DNA from: Octopus sinensis
Taxonomy: Eukaryota
Assembly (NCBI RefSeq): GCF_006345805.1
Contig: NW_021833972.1
Coordinates: 1-52,346, forward strand
Direction: 5' to 3'
DNA length: 52,346 nt
The position numbers were made by a program, and so were the translations under genes. The notes under the pieces were generated by a model. That model did not search any database and had not been told where the DNA came from. It saw nothing but the letters and a program-made list of their open reading frames with translations. Of the stretch, positions 26,087-38,456 are shown piece after piece; the stretch's first letter is position 1; each line of letters begins with the position of its first letter.

Positions 26087-26412
26087 AGGCGTGTGGCTTA
26101 GTGGTTAGGGCTTTCGGTTCACGGTCGTAAGTAAGGTCGTAAGTTCAATTCCCGGCGACGCGTTGTGCCCTTGAGCAAGACACTTTATTTCACGTTGCAC
26201 CAGTCCGCTCAGCTGGCAAAAATGAGTTATACCTGCATTTCAAAGGGCCAGCCTTGTGATACTCTGCGTCACACTGAATCTTCCTGAGGAGTACGGTAAG
26301 GGTGGACGTGTGTCTGTGGAGTACTCAACCACTTGCACGTTAATTTCACGAGCAAGCTGTTCCGTTGATTGTATTAGTTGGGACCCACGCCGTCGTAACC
26401 GACAAGTGCTCC
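26087..26412 (+). mobile_element. SINE family C, full length
   Basis: tRNA-like A box (GTGGCTTAGTGG) and B box (GTTCAATTCCC); matches 139-469. Confidence 0.88.
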
Positions 26413-26433
26413 TTATATATACATATGTATAGG

Positions 26434-26485
<52 letters not shown>

Positions 26486-26488
<3 letters not shown>

Positions 26489-26632
26489 GGTCCCGGGTTG
26501 ATTCGGGGTTAACCACAGTAAATAAGGTACTCAATACATAGCAGAGTAAAATTAATTTATTATATAGAAGGAGCTTCTACAGGACTTGAATGAAACAGTT
26601 CTAGTCCTGTAGAAGCTCCTTCTATATAATAA

Positions 26633-26634
<2 letters not shown>
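26486..26634. mobile_element. Small head-to-head PLE-tail fold-back (32-bp arms 26555-26586 and 26603-26634) with the 3' half of an HHR
   Basis: The spacer contains GAAACAGUU followed by CUAGUCC. The minus copy continues AATAAATTAATTTTACTCTGCTATGTATTGAGTACC, similar to the PLE tail at 38379-38420. (TA)n flanks. Confidence 0.7.
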
Positions 26635-26671
<37 letters not shown>

Positions 26672-26684
26672 TGCATATATGAAT

Positions 26685-26912
26685 GGCGAGTTGGCAGAGA
26701 CGTTACCACGCCGGGCGAAATGCGTAGCCGTATTTCGTCTGTCGTTACGTTCCGAGTTCAAATTCCGCCAAGGTCGACTTTACCTTTCATCCCTTCGGGG
26801 TCGATAAATTAAGTACCAGTTACGCACTGGGGTCGATGTAATCGACTTAATCCCTTTGTCTGTCCTTGTTTGTCCCCTCTGTGTTTAGCCCCTTGTGGGT
26901 AGTAAAGAAATA
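26685..26912 (+). mobile_element. SINE family B, monomer
   Basis: Same head and tail as 21775-22007, with no second unit. Confidence 0.9.
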
Positions 26913-26923
26913 TATATATATGT

Positions 26924-26964
<41 letters not shown>

Positions 26965-27240
26965 TATGGAGAGAGTGAGAGAGAGAGAGAAAGTAGAACA
27001 TATTCACCGAGGAAACGTAATAATACCTAAACATGCTCCTGTCTTTCACCAGTTAGTTTTAAAGACCAGATCCATTCAAATCTGGTTCGACTTCATTGCC
27101 AAAAAATGTCCAGCAAATGCTTTCATTTGAGTTATTTTCCTTAATCGCTGTTACATTCAAGGACACACTTATCGCCAAATGACTGTTTGAATACCCTCCC
27201 CAAATAGAAGTTTTACATGACATACAGTAAGTACTACGTG

Positions 27241-27685
27241 GGATCTTTTCTGTTTGAACGGCAGTTTTTATAGTGGTGTCTTATGAAATTGTCACCCATA
27301 ATTATGACCCTAGAATCGATCTATTGCATTTCAATCTATTTTAGGGTTAGGGTTAGGGTTAGGGTTAGGGTTAGGGATAGGGTTAGGGATGGGGGAAGGG
27401 TATCTTTTTTCTTCACAAATGTAAATAAACCCAATCTGCTTCTTAAACGAGAGACATATTCATTCAGCACAGAATGCTTTTTACCTCAATAGACGTCACT
27501 GATTGGTTGAAATTGCAGAAATTGAAGAAAAAAAAACAACTCATATCTTACAAACTATAGAATTTTCTCAATAAAGCCAAGAGAAAAAGATGTTTTATAA
27601 ACACATTCTACCAGTATACGAAGTTTAAAATGTTTTAGTTACCTAGAAATTATGTTAGAAACTGCCGTTCAAACCGAAAAGATCC
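27241..27685 (+). mobile_element. MITE copy 4 (Merlin-like) with (TTAGGG)6 array
   Basis: Same TIRs; flanks ACTACGTG/ACTGCGTG; TTAGGG x6 at 27341-27376. Confidence 0.92.
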
Positions 27686-27890
27686 ACTGCGTGTGTGAGA
27701 CCTTGCTCCGTTGCTATACGGCACATGCTTTCATGTGTTGCTACAGAGACTGTGTATGTGAGTATATGTTTGTCTACTGTGTGGTTGTGTATTTGTGTGT
27801 GTGTGTATTGCATGTGCTTGCTGACGTATTTGTCTACATGTATGCCATTGTTATTTCGTACATCAAGTTCCTATTGTTTATGTGCGTGTG

Positions 27891-27922
<32 letters not shown>

Positions 27923-28295
27923 CGCGTGTGTGTGTGCGTGCACATAGATATATACACTGTTGTTTATATGTTTATTTGTGTTTTCGTTTTGTTATATGGC
28001 AATGTGTGAACGGTGATTTATGACATTTTCTGTATATATTTATTTAACGCCTCCTAAACCTCTGCCGTTCTAGCGGTATGTAAATATGTGCTTGTGGTAA
28101 GCGAATATGTATGTGTCTGCCTGTGTATGTAGATGTGCACCCGTGTGTAAATGTGTGCGTTGGTGTGTGTTTGATTTTGACTCATATGTGTATGCCGCTA
28201 TGTAATCGTGTTTTGCTAGAGGTGAGATCAACAGCGCGAATGTTTATTGTTTAGAACGAGGCGGTATTTGATGTTTATACATCGCTGTATGTGTG

Positions 28296-28352
<57 letters not shown>

Positions 28353-28982
28353 TACCATGCTTTTTGATTCTTTGGATTCTTTCCATGAAGAAAGAGCTTA
28401 TTTCTAACAAAGAAATAAAGCTATACCACTGGAATTTAGATAACAATGGTGATGAGTTACACGTCGAGTTTTAGAAAAGTCTTGCATTTTTCAAGGCTCT
28501 CCTTACAGATTACATTTGAAACATTCCTATAAGCTGCTCATTTTCTTTATTCGAAAACTCCAGATTTTCGCGAATGGAACTTAAATATTTCGTAACATAT
28601 TCAAGTTCACTTACAATTACGTAATCCAGCTTTTCAAACTCTCAGGTTTATCTGTATCTATTCTCTTTCCGGCTGGTTTTAAACTAACCTCTCGTACTTT
28701 CAGGGCAACTAAAAATAAATAGTTGTACGTAAGGATTCCGTTTTGACCCACACATCCGGCTCACAACTGAAAAATTTGACGGAAGATTTAAGAGGATTCG
28801 TCCATTATACGCCTTATGTCGAAAAGCATGTTAATACCTGTAACAAAAGTATCTGTCTTTAAAAAATAATTCTCTCTCTCTCCAACTTCTGGTCAATTAT
28901 TTTTCTATCAAGTAATGATACACGTCCTTTCCTCCGGACTATCTGCTCCTTTTTCCTTTTCCTCCTCTCTGGAATGTCCCTT

Positions 28983-29016
28983 CTTTCTAACGAAGAGCCA
29001 TGCTCGAAACGTCGTT
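28983..29016 (+). ncRNA. Degenerate minimal HHR-like motif
   Basis: CUAACGA-A-GAGC-CAU-GCUC-GAAA-CGUC. G5 is replaced by A and no stem I is evident, so it is probably inactive. Confidence 0.4.
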
Positions 29017-29362
29017 CTGATTTCCCATTTAAAACTTCCACTGATCGTATCAATCTAATATATTCAATATATTCACGTCTAATTGAGGCTTGTTGTTTTT
29101 CGCAGTTTGTTTATTCTTGATTTGCCTGAACAGACAAATCAGATTACCATGTCTGAGTTAGTGCGGGGGTATAAATGTAGAAGTTTATATACTTGCAAGA
29201 ATGCGTGACCTTGTATATCTACGTATGCAGATATTCTTTTACATATTTCAGTCACTTGACTGAGGCCATGCTGGAGCACCGCCTTATGTATGGTTTTCTG
29301 ATTTTGCTTTTCAATTCTTCTCAAAACGCGTCGGTGTGGCTGTGTGGTAATAAGTTTGCTGT

Positions 29363-30348
29363 TGTAAGGGACCATGCGGTTCGAGGTGACGAGAATGGCT
29401 CTTTAGTACATCACACGGTCGATACAATAAATATATAACTGAATCTTACATGTAAGTGCCAGAGAGAAAAAGGAGAGACAACCGCGTAGAATGAAGAAGA
29501 GAACATTTATTGATATTTAAACATGAGTGTGTGTCATGTATATATAATTATAGACAGGCCGTAGTGCGAACAAAGGGTATGTGTGCGCGTAAGCATAGTT
29601 GTATGTGCGTGAATTAAGTATATATAAAAATGGCAATGAAAATGAAAAACAGTGAAAGAGTCTATAACCATCGGAGAAATTCATAGACACAAGGAGGAGG
29701 CTACCAATTCGTAGTCAATTGTACACGGTAGTTGAAATACTGTATCAAGAAGTTGCGGCCATGATGCTGAGGCAGCTGCAGGTACATATCGTATGTGAAG
29801 TCGTGGATGTGATGCTGATGCCTGAGTCACTTAATACAGGTGTTCTTGCAGGTTGTATTTTCGCTGTCGATCCATGGTGAAGTAATTCGCGAACAGTGAA
29901 GCGTTAAAACCTGAGCGTATTACTTGTCGAGTTGTGTACGTAGAGAGATGATGGTGACGACGTTAAGAAGATGATGGTGGCGAAGAAGACGGAGGTTGCC
30001 GTAATGTTGTTGGACGAAGTTGGTAAGTCTCAATATGGTTGCTGTGGTGTCATCGCTGGAACTGGATGTGTCTTGTGTGGTCAGTGGCTTGACCTAAAAT
30101 GTTCTGGAACCGAAAGACTTCGAAAGAAGGAGAATGTCTCGCGTGATTGTATTTAGAGGCTCCGATTGATTATACGCGGCAAAGTGGCGCGACAGAGTAA
30201 GAGACAAATTGCGCCAATACCAACCAATCAGAGTAGTGGACGTAACGGGGTCAAAATAGCGGCCAAAGGCTAACAGTTACCCGCTACGTTCGAATGCACA
30301 TATATATAATAAAGGAGAGACAGGAATTTCGCTCGAGTGCACGCTACA
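29363..30348. mobile_element. LTR-like insertion (88-bp TGTAAG...CTTACA unit abutting an 898-bp TGTAAG...CTACA unit) inside a decayed family-A-like SINE
   Basis: TG...CA ends with a 4-bp duplication CTGT (29359-29362 and 30349-30352). SINE head lies to the left and the SINE continuation to the right. AATAAA signals lie near unit ends. Confidence 0.6.
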
Positions 30349-32539
30349 CTGTCACACCACACCATTCCGGGTTCAGTCCGACTGCATGGCACCTTGAGCG
30401 AGTGTCTTTTACTACAGGCCCAGAACGACCAGATTTGTTAGAGAGCAACTGAAAGAAGAACATTGTACATTTGTGTGTGTGTGTGTGTGTATGTGTCTGT
30501 GTGTGTGTGTGTGTGTACGTGTGTGTAAGTGTGTGTGTAAGTGTGTGTGTGTGTGTGTGTGTGCGTGCACAGAAGCATTGCAGTGACTGAAATAAGTCAC
30601 AAATAAAAGGAATAAGTCGGTTCTCTAGCAAATAAAGAACTTTCTGTGAATGGAACGTTGGCAGTGGGTGGGTTCTTTCTATTTCTATAGAACCCAGTTT
30701 CTCACGATTGGTAACTGAAGTTATTATTCACGAATCCAAGTGCTCTAAAATTTATTAATTGATATCAAAGCATGTAGTGCAGATGAAATCTCAGCAGATT
30801 CCTCGACAGCTCGACAAATCTTTAACCTTATGTTAACATCTGCTGCGAAAATGATTTCAACTACTGTGAAGAGTATTTATATTTCCGTCGCAGATCATTT
30901 TGTCTGCTCTATTTATGGCTGTCAGTCAGTATGGTACATAGAACTCTGCGTTCATTGTTGCTTTGAACAGGTTGACGTGGGTTTTCTGTACCAATAACCA
31001 ACTATCACCTCTCTTCCTGGTGATTTTCTGTTCGGCACTTTTGCAACAACAGTCAGGAGGTCTTTAATTACGATATTTTCTCGGCTTTCGTTTCCACTGT
31101 TCTCACTCCGTAGCTCATTTCACTAGGGTTGTTTAGTTTGTTTGCATGTATATACATCTGTATATACATCTGTAAATGTGTATGCATGTATCTATGTATG
31201 TATGTTTCTTCTATTTTTTAAAATTATTATAAATATTCCACTGAGGAGGGAGCTGGTTTCCAACAAAGATACAAGGCTCAATCTTTGGGATGTAGTTAAC
31301 ACAGACAATTTCACATTTGGAACTAGAGAAAAGTCTTGCATATTTTTACTGTTCCACTCACAGATTGCACTTGTAAAGTACGAATTAGCCGATCGATTTC
31401 TCTTTCTGAAAATCCCAGTTTATCCAGATTCTTCCTTTAAGCATTTACTAACAAAACCTAGTGCTCCAATTATTATTGGTATGAATATGAATTCATAGTA
31501 TGAATATAGAAGCTAGAGGTCTCGAAGAAGTTGTCCATAGATATCCTCTTTCCTTTTGATGTATTTATGTATGTATGTCATTATTCAGTTTATTTCAAGA
31601 TATCTGGCCAATAGAGAAAGAAGCGATTTCTAACCTAGATCCAGGGCTTCTTCGTTGGAATTTCTACATCAACAACAGGGTATTTTTGCTTGTATGTATG
31701 TATGTATGCATGAATGTATGTATGTATGTATGTATGTATGTATGTATGTATGTATGTATGTATGTATGTATGTATGTCAAAGGGCGGAGGAACTCTCGAG
31801 AGTCAACGGCCATCTAATAAATGTCTTAAGGCTGTATCATGCACGGGGACATAGAAATAATCGGACTGAATACCCGATCGCGCGGTTAAACCATTGGGAG
31901 TGAAGGACTCCTAGCCTTTGCTAGGGCATCCTTCTAGGAGAAGGTAACTCAGGTAACTGGGATAACCCCGACATAAAACCTGCGTCTCAGTGGTTACCGA
32001 TGATGTTGACTTGTTCTTCTTTTCGGATTATGGCTGCTGTTGCTTAGTGAGTGGGATTGACTCAGTGCACAGCCTTTCCTCACTTTAAAAAAATCTTCTT
32101 GCACAGGCATTGCACGATAACAACATTGATTAAGCTTCGTGCAATGGCCATACTTGATAACGAGGGGGCAGCCACCATATGTATGTATGTATGTGTTATC
32201 CGTGTATTTGTGAGTGGATTTGTGTGCGTAATAAATTCCGAATATAAAGAGAATTTATTATAATTTACAAAATTTAAACAGGGAAGTATAAAAAGAACAA
32301 GTGGAAAATTCATACACGAAACAGGATGTTGCTCATCTGTCGTAAGTTATTGTCTAAAATATCATTACAATTTCACACCTTCAACAATGATATTTGTCGA
32401 TTTTGGTGGCGTAAACAGCAATAAGTTCCTCGTAATAATGAGTGGACGTTGGGGGCCAGTGACGTAAGCAAATATAAGTGTGTGTGTGTGTACGTATGTA
32501 TAAGGTTCAAATTATCAAAAATAAATAAATAAATAAATG

Positions 32540-32640
32540 AATAAATAAAGAGCCAAATAGTTTGACGAGTAGGGAAGATGGAAGAAACCTTTGAGGTTTC
32601 GGGCCTACCCTCTTCTACAGAATGGAATGAGGAGAGGAAA
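32540..32640 (-). mobile_element. Diverged copy of the CUGUNGA HHR-like repeat
   Basis: CCAUU-CUGUAGA-A-GAGGGUAGGCCC-GAAACCUC-AAAGG, followed by a tail similar to 13887-13975. Confidence 0.55.
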
Positions 32641-33739
32641 GAGATGCAGAGAATGAAAAAGATGGAGAGAAAAGATTTGTCCTGATTAACGGTTGCACGC
32701 ACATGCTTAATAGACCAGAAGGAAGGAAATGGTTGGAGACATGGTTGGCAAAGGGGACAAGAGTGACTCGCTTAAGGTGTGAGCGTATGCAAGCATGTTT
32801 GTTTTTTTATTCATACATCCCACCCTGATACGAAATCGAATTCACCTGATCCATATTGATTGCAGGTGTTTATGACCAAGTGTTTTTTTCCCTTTTATCT
32901 ACTTTACTTGTTTCTGTCTTTAGATTGCGGCCATGCTGGTGCAATGTCTTGAATTCGTTTTAGCAGAAATGAACCAAGACCCAGCAACTTTTGTTTTAAA
33001 AGTCTTCTATTTATTCTACTGGTCTCTTTTGCCTAACAAACTAAGCTATGGCGGCGGAAACAAACCAACACCGGTTGTGAAGTGGGGCTGGTGACAAACA
33101 CACACACGTACACGCATCTAAACGCAGACTCACACACACACACACATGTACATACATGCGAGGGATCTTCTCAGTATCCGTTAACCAAATCAATTTACAA
33201 GGATTTACGAGGCTGTGGCTATAGTAATATAGACTTGCCCCAAGGTGACGCGCAGTGGGATTGAACGTGAAACTATGTGACCTTGAAGGAAAGAACTTTC
33301 CACACATCCGCGCCTGCTACACTGCAGCTGGTGTACAAATTTACAAATTATTTGGACACACAGTCGCTGAAACGACTAGAAACAGAAGCTAAATCCCGCT
33401 TAAACACCTCGAAGCAAAGAAAACACAACGGATAAATTTCAGATGAGATTGCCATGGGTGGAATGGTATTGTTCAGAGGTATGTTGCATCAGAGACAATA
33501 CGTTTTTTTCTTTTTTCAAGGATTGGCGACGATGACGACAGCGCCGACGAAATCATAAACAAAAGCTTCCTGCTCCGCCCCGCGCCACCCGCCCCGCGCC
33601 ACCCGCCTCCTTCATCTCATCATCATCAGCAGCAGCAGCAGCCTCATACACACGTTCCGATGTGTGTGTATGCGCGCGCGTCTTTATACCTGTATGTCCT
33701 CTATTACCAGGTTTTTCATTTTCTTTTCTTCTTCTTCTT

Positions 33740-33740
33740 C

Positions 33741-33771
<31 letters not shown>

Positions 33772-34092
33772 GCTGCTGCTACTACTACTACTGCTACTAC
33801 TACTAATACTAATACTACTACTACTACTACTACTACGCTGCTGCTACTACTACTACTACTGCTACTACTACTAATACTACTACTACTGCTACTACTACTA
33901 ATACTACTATTGCTATTACTACTACTACTGCTGCTACTATTACTACTAATACTACTACTACTGCTGCGACTATTACTACTAGTACTACTACTACTACTAC
34001 TACTACTACTAATACTACAACTACTACTACCGCTACTAATACTACTCCTACTGCTACTACTACCACTACTAATACAACTACTACTGCTGCTG

Positions 34093-34133
<41 letters not shown>

Positions 34134-34134
34134 G

Positions 34135-34184
<50 letters not shown>
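33740..34184. repeat. Long degenerate (CTA)n microsatellite
   Basis: Direct inspection; source of the poly-L/T ORFs. Confidence 0.95.
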
Positions 34185-34185
<1 letters not shown>

Positions 34186-34364
34186 GGGTTTCCCCTTGCT
34201 CATTTCCAGTTCTTTCCTATTTCTCAACTTCTTGGATATAAAATTTTCCTTACATGCATTATTTACTCATTGCATCTTCATAGATTCGTCCGTTCCCACA
34301 TAAATATATAGGAATATATAAAGACACATACACACACGCATCATCCTCGTGTACGTACGTACGT

Positions 34365-34406
<42 letters not shown>

Positions 34407-34450
34407 TATTATTATTATTACTATCATTATTATTATTATTATTATTATTA

Positions 34451-34489
<39 letters not shown>

Positions 34490-34874
34490 TACTATTATTA
34501 TGTATACATAAATTGATATACATAGCTATATGTGTGTGTGTACGTTTCTGTAATGTATAGTGCTCGTATGTATGTGTATGGATTCGCGTGGGGCGTGTGT
34601 GAAGGGGAGATGAAATTGTTGAAGTCGAGGCAGGACAAGCAGCCAAGTAAGGAGAAAAGTAGACAATGGGCCAACCACGCTCTCCGTATTTGCCAAGTGT
34701 AAGAAAGTCAAAGTAGAAGAATGTGACCTTTGGCAGGTATTTCATCTTTAATCATTTCAATTATAGAAGTACAGCCTGGGGAGTTAGAGAGAGTGACAGA
34801 GATATATAGAGTGACAGAGAAGAGAGAGAGAGGGAGAGAGAGAGAGATGGGCGGTTAGATAGATAGAAACATGG

Positions 34875-34875
<1 letters not shown>

Positions 34876-34931
<56 letters not shown>

Positions 34932-35005
34932 GTAGGTAGGTAGATAGATAGATAGATAGAGATAGATAGATAGATAGATAGATAAGATAGTAGGATAGAT
35001 AGAGG

Positions 35006-35043
<38 letters not shown>

Positions 35044-35150
35044 AGATAGTATAGATAGATAGATACATAGATAGATAGATAGATAGATAGTAGATAGATA
35101 GATAGATAGATAGATAGAAGATAGATAGATAGATAGAGGGATAGATAGAT
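34876..35150. repeat. Degenerate (GATA)n microsatellite
   Basis: Direct inspection. Confidence 0.95.
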
Positions 35151-35381
35151 AGGCAGGCATAACTTTCAAACATTCATACATATTAGGCTTGGTGACGCAA
35201 ACAGGAAAAATAGAAGTGAAAACATGATTATATATAGTTTCTTTATTAATAATCTGCAAAAGTTTCATAGTGACTCATGGACGGAGAGTTTCGTACATTG
35301 GGACTATGATGAAACATAACATATATATATATATATATGTATATCTATATATATCATAGATGATATATATATATATATGTA

Positions 35382-35451
<70 letters not shown>

Positions 35452-35479
35452 TTTATTTTAAGCAGCAGAAAATTTAACA

Positions 35480-35525
35480 AAATCTGTTACTCTGAGTTTC
35501 TCGTTGCCGTTCATCAGACAGTTTT
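35480..35525 (-). ncRNA. Minimal hammerhead motif of the PLE (left arm)
   Basis: CUGU-CUGAUGA-ACGGCAACGA-GAAAC-UCAGA-GUA-ACAG; tcatcag at 35511-35517. Confidence 0.7.
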
Positions 35526-36546
35526 TGCTAGAATGGAACTTATATATTAATTCAATCTATACTCTTACAAACGCTACACTATAAAAAGAAATGGACTTGT
35601 TTGATGGCCCTTTAGAAAAAATGGTCAATCTTCGAGCGATAAACAAAAAGGTCAAAAATATATGTATATATATAAAAAAACTTATAAAAATTATAAAAAT
35701 TATAAAATCCGAGGAAAAAACGAGGAAAAAACCTATTGCCGTTAATGAAGACAGTACAAATTATGCATAGAAATTAAACCTGTTATAAATACTGCAATAA
35801 TATTTATATTAAAATCCACATATATATATCAACATACACAAAAGGATGCGCGTAAACGCCATACATACATATACAGACGTATGAATATGAATCTAATTAT
35901 ACACATAAAAGCATGTGTACATATATTCACGCAAACCGTCTCGCACGCAAGCTAAAATTCATCTATGTAGCAATCTCATATACTGAGCAAGGAGGGGGAA
36001 CGAAAGAAAGGGAAGAGAGAAAAAGGAACGAAGGAGAGGTGGGGAAAAAACTTGTAGCGATGTTATTGGCATCTATAGAGGCCAGTATACATACACAAGT
36101 TTGAATTGATACATATACATACCGTCGTGTGTATGCGTGCTTAAGCACAAGCATACTTTCACTTACACATACACAGATACGCATGCTTACAAATACATAT
36201 GGTTTGCTATACACATACTTATATAAACATTCTAATTTTGACAACATTGCTTTTTTTAAAAAAGAACATTGCTTTTAAAAAATGGGTGCATTAATAAAAA
36301 TATATACGAAAGACATATAAAATAAAATATAACATCCTATTTTGGGTCATTTATAAATAATCAAGGTAATATAAATAATCAAGGTAATCCTATGCAATAC
36401 AATACATGAAAACAAAGTTGTAGGTTTTTCCTAATATATATGTAGAAACAATAAGACTTTGCTATAGATCCGTCGTAGCGCTCAAGAGTCAAAATCAAAA
36501 TCAAAATCAAAATACAAAATATATACTCTATCCATATGGTATATTT

Positions 36547-36945
36547 ATATTCGACATTTTAAATTTAGCCGCGCGTGCCTACATAAGTTCATTAACTCAC
36601 TTCTTTAATTCAAAGAATTATTGTCTTTGAATAAGATGTGCATTTTCTCTAATAAGCAAAGCCTGCACTTGAAATTATATTTGTAAGCTCCATGCCTGTA
36701 TGGTGCCGCCTTGTCCAGAATGCTCCATGTCACGTTGAAAGGTGGGGCTTCCTTTTCTTTTAGTTCCCAGACATATTTTGCTAGGCTGGTTTTCTTCCTA
36801 TTCTCTGGGTATTTAAAAGAATTCTTATGAGAATAAAATCTTGTTTTAAATGAATTTTCTGAAGCCCCTGTGTCTGTCTTGTATTCCGATGAGCCATCCA
36901 CTTGCACCTTGGCTCTATAAACTCTATAAATTGAGATTAGACATG
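36547..36945 (-). pseudogene. PLE GIY-YIG endonuclease remnant (left arm)
   Basis: VYRAKV...KTDTGASENSFKTRFYSHKNSF...SLAKYVWELKEK...WSILDKA...CRLCLLEK...SLN*RSELMNLCRH follows the PLE GIY-YIG pattern. The YxG motif reads DTG and there is a premature TAA. Confidence 0.88.
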
Positions 36946-37274
36946 GTGCCGAGCCCATTAAGAAATGTAATTTCAAAAACGAAAGCTCCTGTCCGTTAGA
37001 AGGGAAATGTCTGTTGAAAGAGAATAGGAAGAAAACCAGCCTAGCAAAATATGTCTGGGAACTAAAAGAAAAGGAAGCCCCACCTTTCAACGTGACATGG
37101 AGCATTCTGGACAGGGCGGCACCATACAGGCATGGAGCTTACAAATATAATTTCAAGTGCAGGCTTTGCTTATTAGAGAAAATGCACATCTTATTCAAGA
37201 CAATAATTCTTTGAATCAAAGAAGTGAGTTAATGAACTTATGTAGGCACGCGGCTAAATTAAAATGTCGAATAT
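36946..37274 (+). pseudogene. PLE linker plus GIY-YIG C-terminal remnant (right arm, internally deleted)
   Basis: KKCNFKNESSCPLEGKCLLK (PLE Cys-rich linker) is fused directly to ENRKKTSLAKYVWELK. A 1-bp deletion lies near 37197. Confidence 0.85.
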
Positions 37275-38307
37275 AAATATACCATATGGATAGAGTATAT
37301 ATTTTGTATTTTAATTTTTGATTTTGATTTTGACTCTTGAGCGCTACGACGGACCTATAGCAAAGTCTTATTGTTTCTACATATATATTAGGAAAAACCT
37401 ACAAACTTTGTTTTCATGTTATTGTATTGCATAAGATTACCTTGATTATTTATATTACCTTGATTATTTATAAATGACCCAAAATAGGATGTTATATTTT
37501 ATTTTATATGTCTTTCGTATATATTTTTATTAATGCACCCATTTTTTAAAAGCAATGTTTTTTTTAAAAAAAAGCAATGTTGTCAAAATTAGAATGTTTA
37601 TATAAGTATGTGTATAGCAAACCATATGTATTTGTAAGCATGCGTATCTGTGTATGTGTAAGTGAAAGTATGCTTGTGCTTAAGCACGCATACACACGAC
37701 GGTATGTATATGTATCAATTCAAACTTGTGTATGTATACTGGCCTCTATAGATGCCAATAACATCGCTACAAGTTTTTTCCCCACCCCTCCTTCGTTCCT
37801 TTTTCTCTCTTTCCCTTTCTTTCGTTCCCCCTCCTTGCTCAGTATATGAGAATTGCTACATAGATGAATTTTAGCTTGCGTGCGAGACGGTTTGCGTGAA
37901 TATATGTACACATGCTTTTATGTGTATAATTTAGATTCATATTCATACGTCTGTATATGTATGTATGGCGTTTACGCGCATCCTTTTGTGCTTGTTGATA
38001 TATATATGTGGATTTTAATATAAATATGTATTGCAGTATTTATAACAGGTTTAATTTCTATGCATTAATTTGTACTGTCTTCATTAACGGCAATAGGTTT
38101 TTTCCTCGGTTTTTTCCTCGGATTTTATAATTTTTATAACTTTTATAAGTTTTTTTATATATATATATACATATATTTTTGACCTTTTTGTTTATCGCTC
38201 GAAGATTGACCGTTTTTTCTAAAGGGCCAATCAAACAAGTCCATTTCTTTTTAAAGGTGTAGCGTTTGTAAGAGTATAGATTGAATAAATTAAGTTCCAT
38301 TCTAGCA

Positions 38308-38354
38308 AAAACTGTCTGATGAACGGCAACGAGAAACTCAGAGTAACAGATTTT
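38308..38354 (+). ncRNA. Minimal hammerhead motif of the PLE (right arm)
   Basis: CUGAUGA at 38316-38322, 2-bp stem II with GCAA loop, GAAAC at 38333-38337, quasi-palindromic stem III ACUC-A-GAGU. Cleavage is predicted after A38345. Confidence 0.7.
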
Positions 38355-38456
38355 GTTTTGAATTTTCTGCTGCTTAAAATAAAGCATATTACTCTACCAC
38401 TGGTATTTGAGTACTCTTTTTTCCACCTTGTTTCACATTTATGTGTTTACTCCTCC

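Noticed and set aside
27341-27388. TTAGGG array as a chromosome end or fusion scar
   Set aside because: It lies at a fixed internal site of a MITE present five times in the window.
28500-28860. Possible GIY-YIG remnant upstream of the 28983 HHR-like motif (VEKHVNTCNKS)
   Set aside because: Only a few residues match. Too weak to call by eye.
29971-30156. ORF with CVLCGQWLDLKCSG resembling a PHD finger
   Set aside because: It lacks the His ligand, is short and sits inside an LTR-like unit. The resemblance is not sufficient without a profile search.
35913-38387. Paired ORFs in the palindrome arms (35913+, 35963-, 37577+, 37720-, 38058-)
   Set aside because: They fall in the low-complexity PLE 3' region and are mirrored only because of the inversion.
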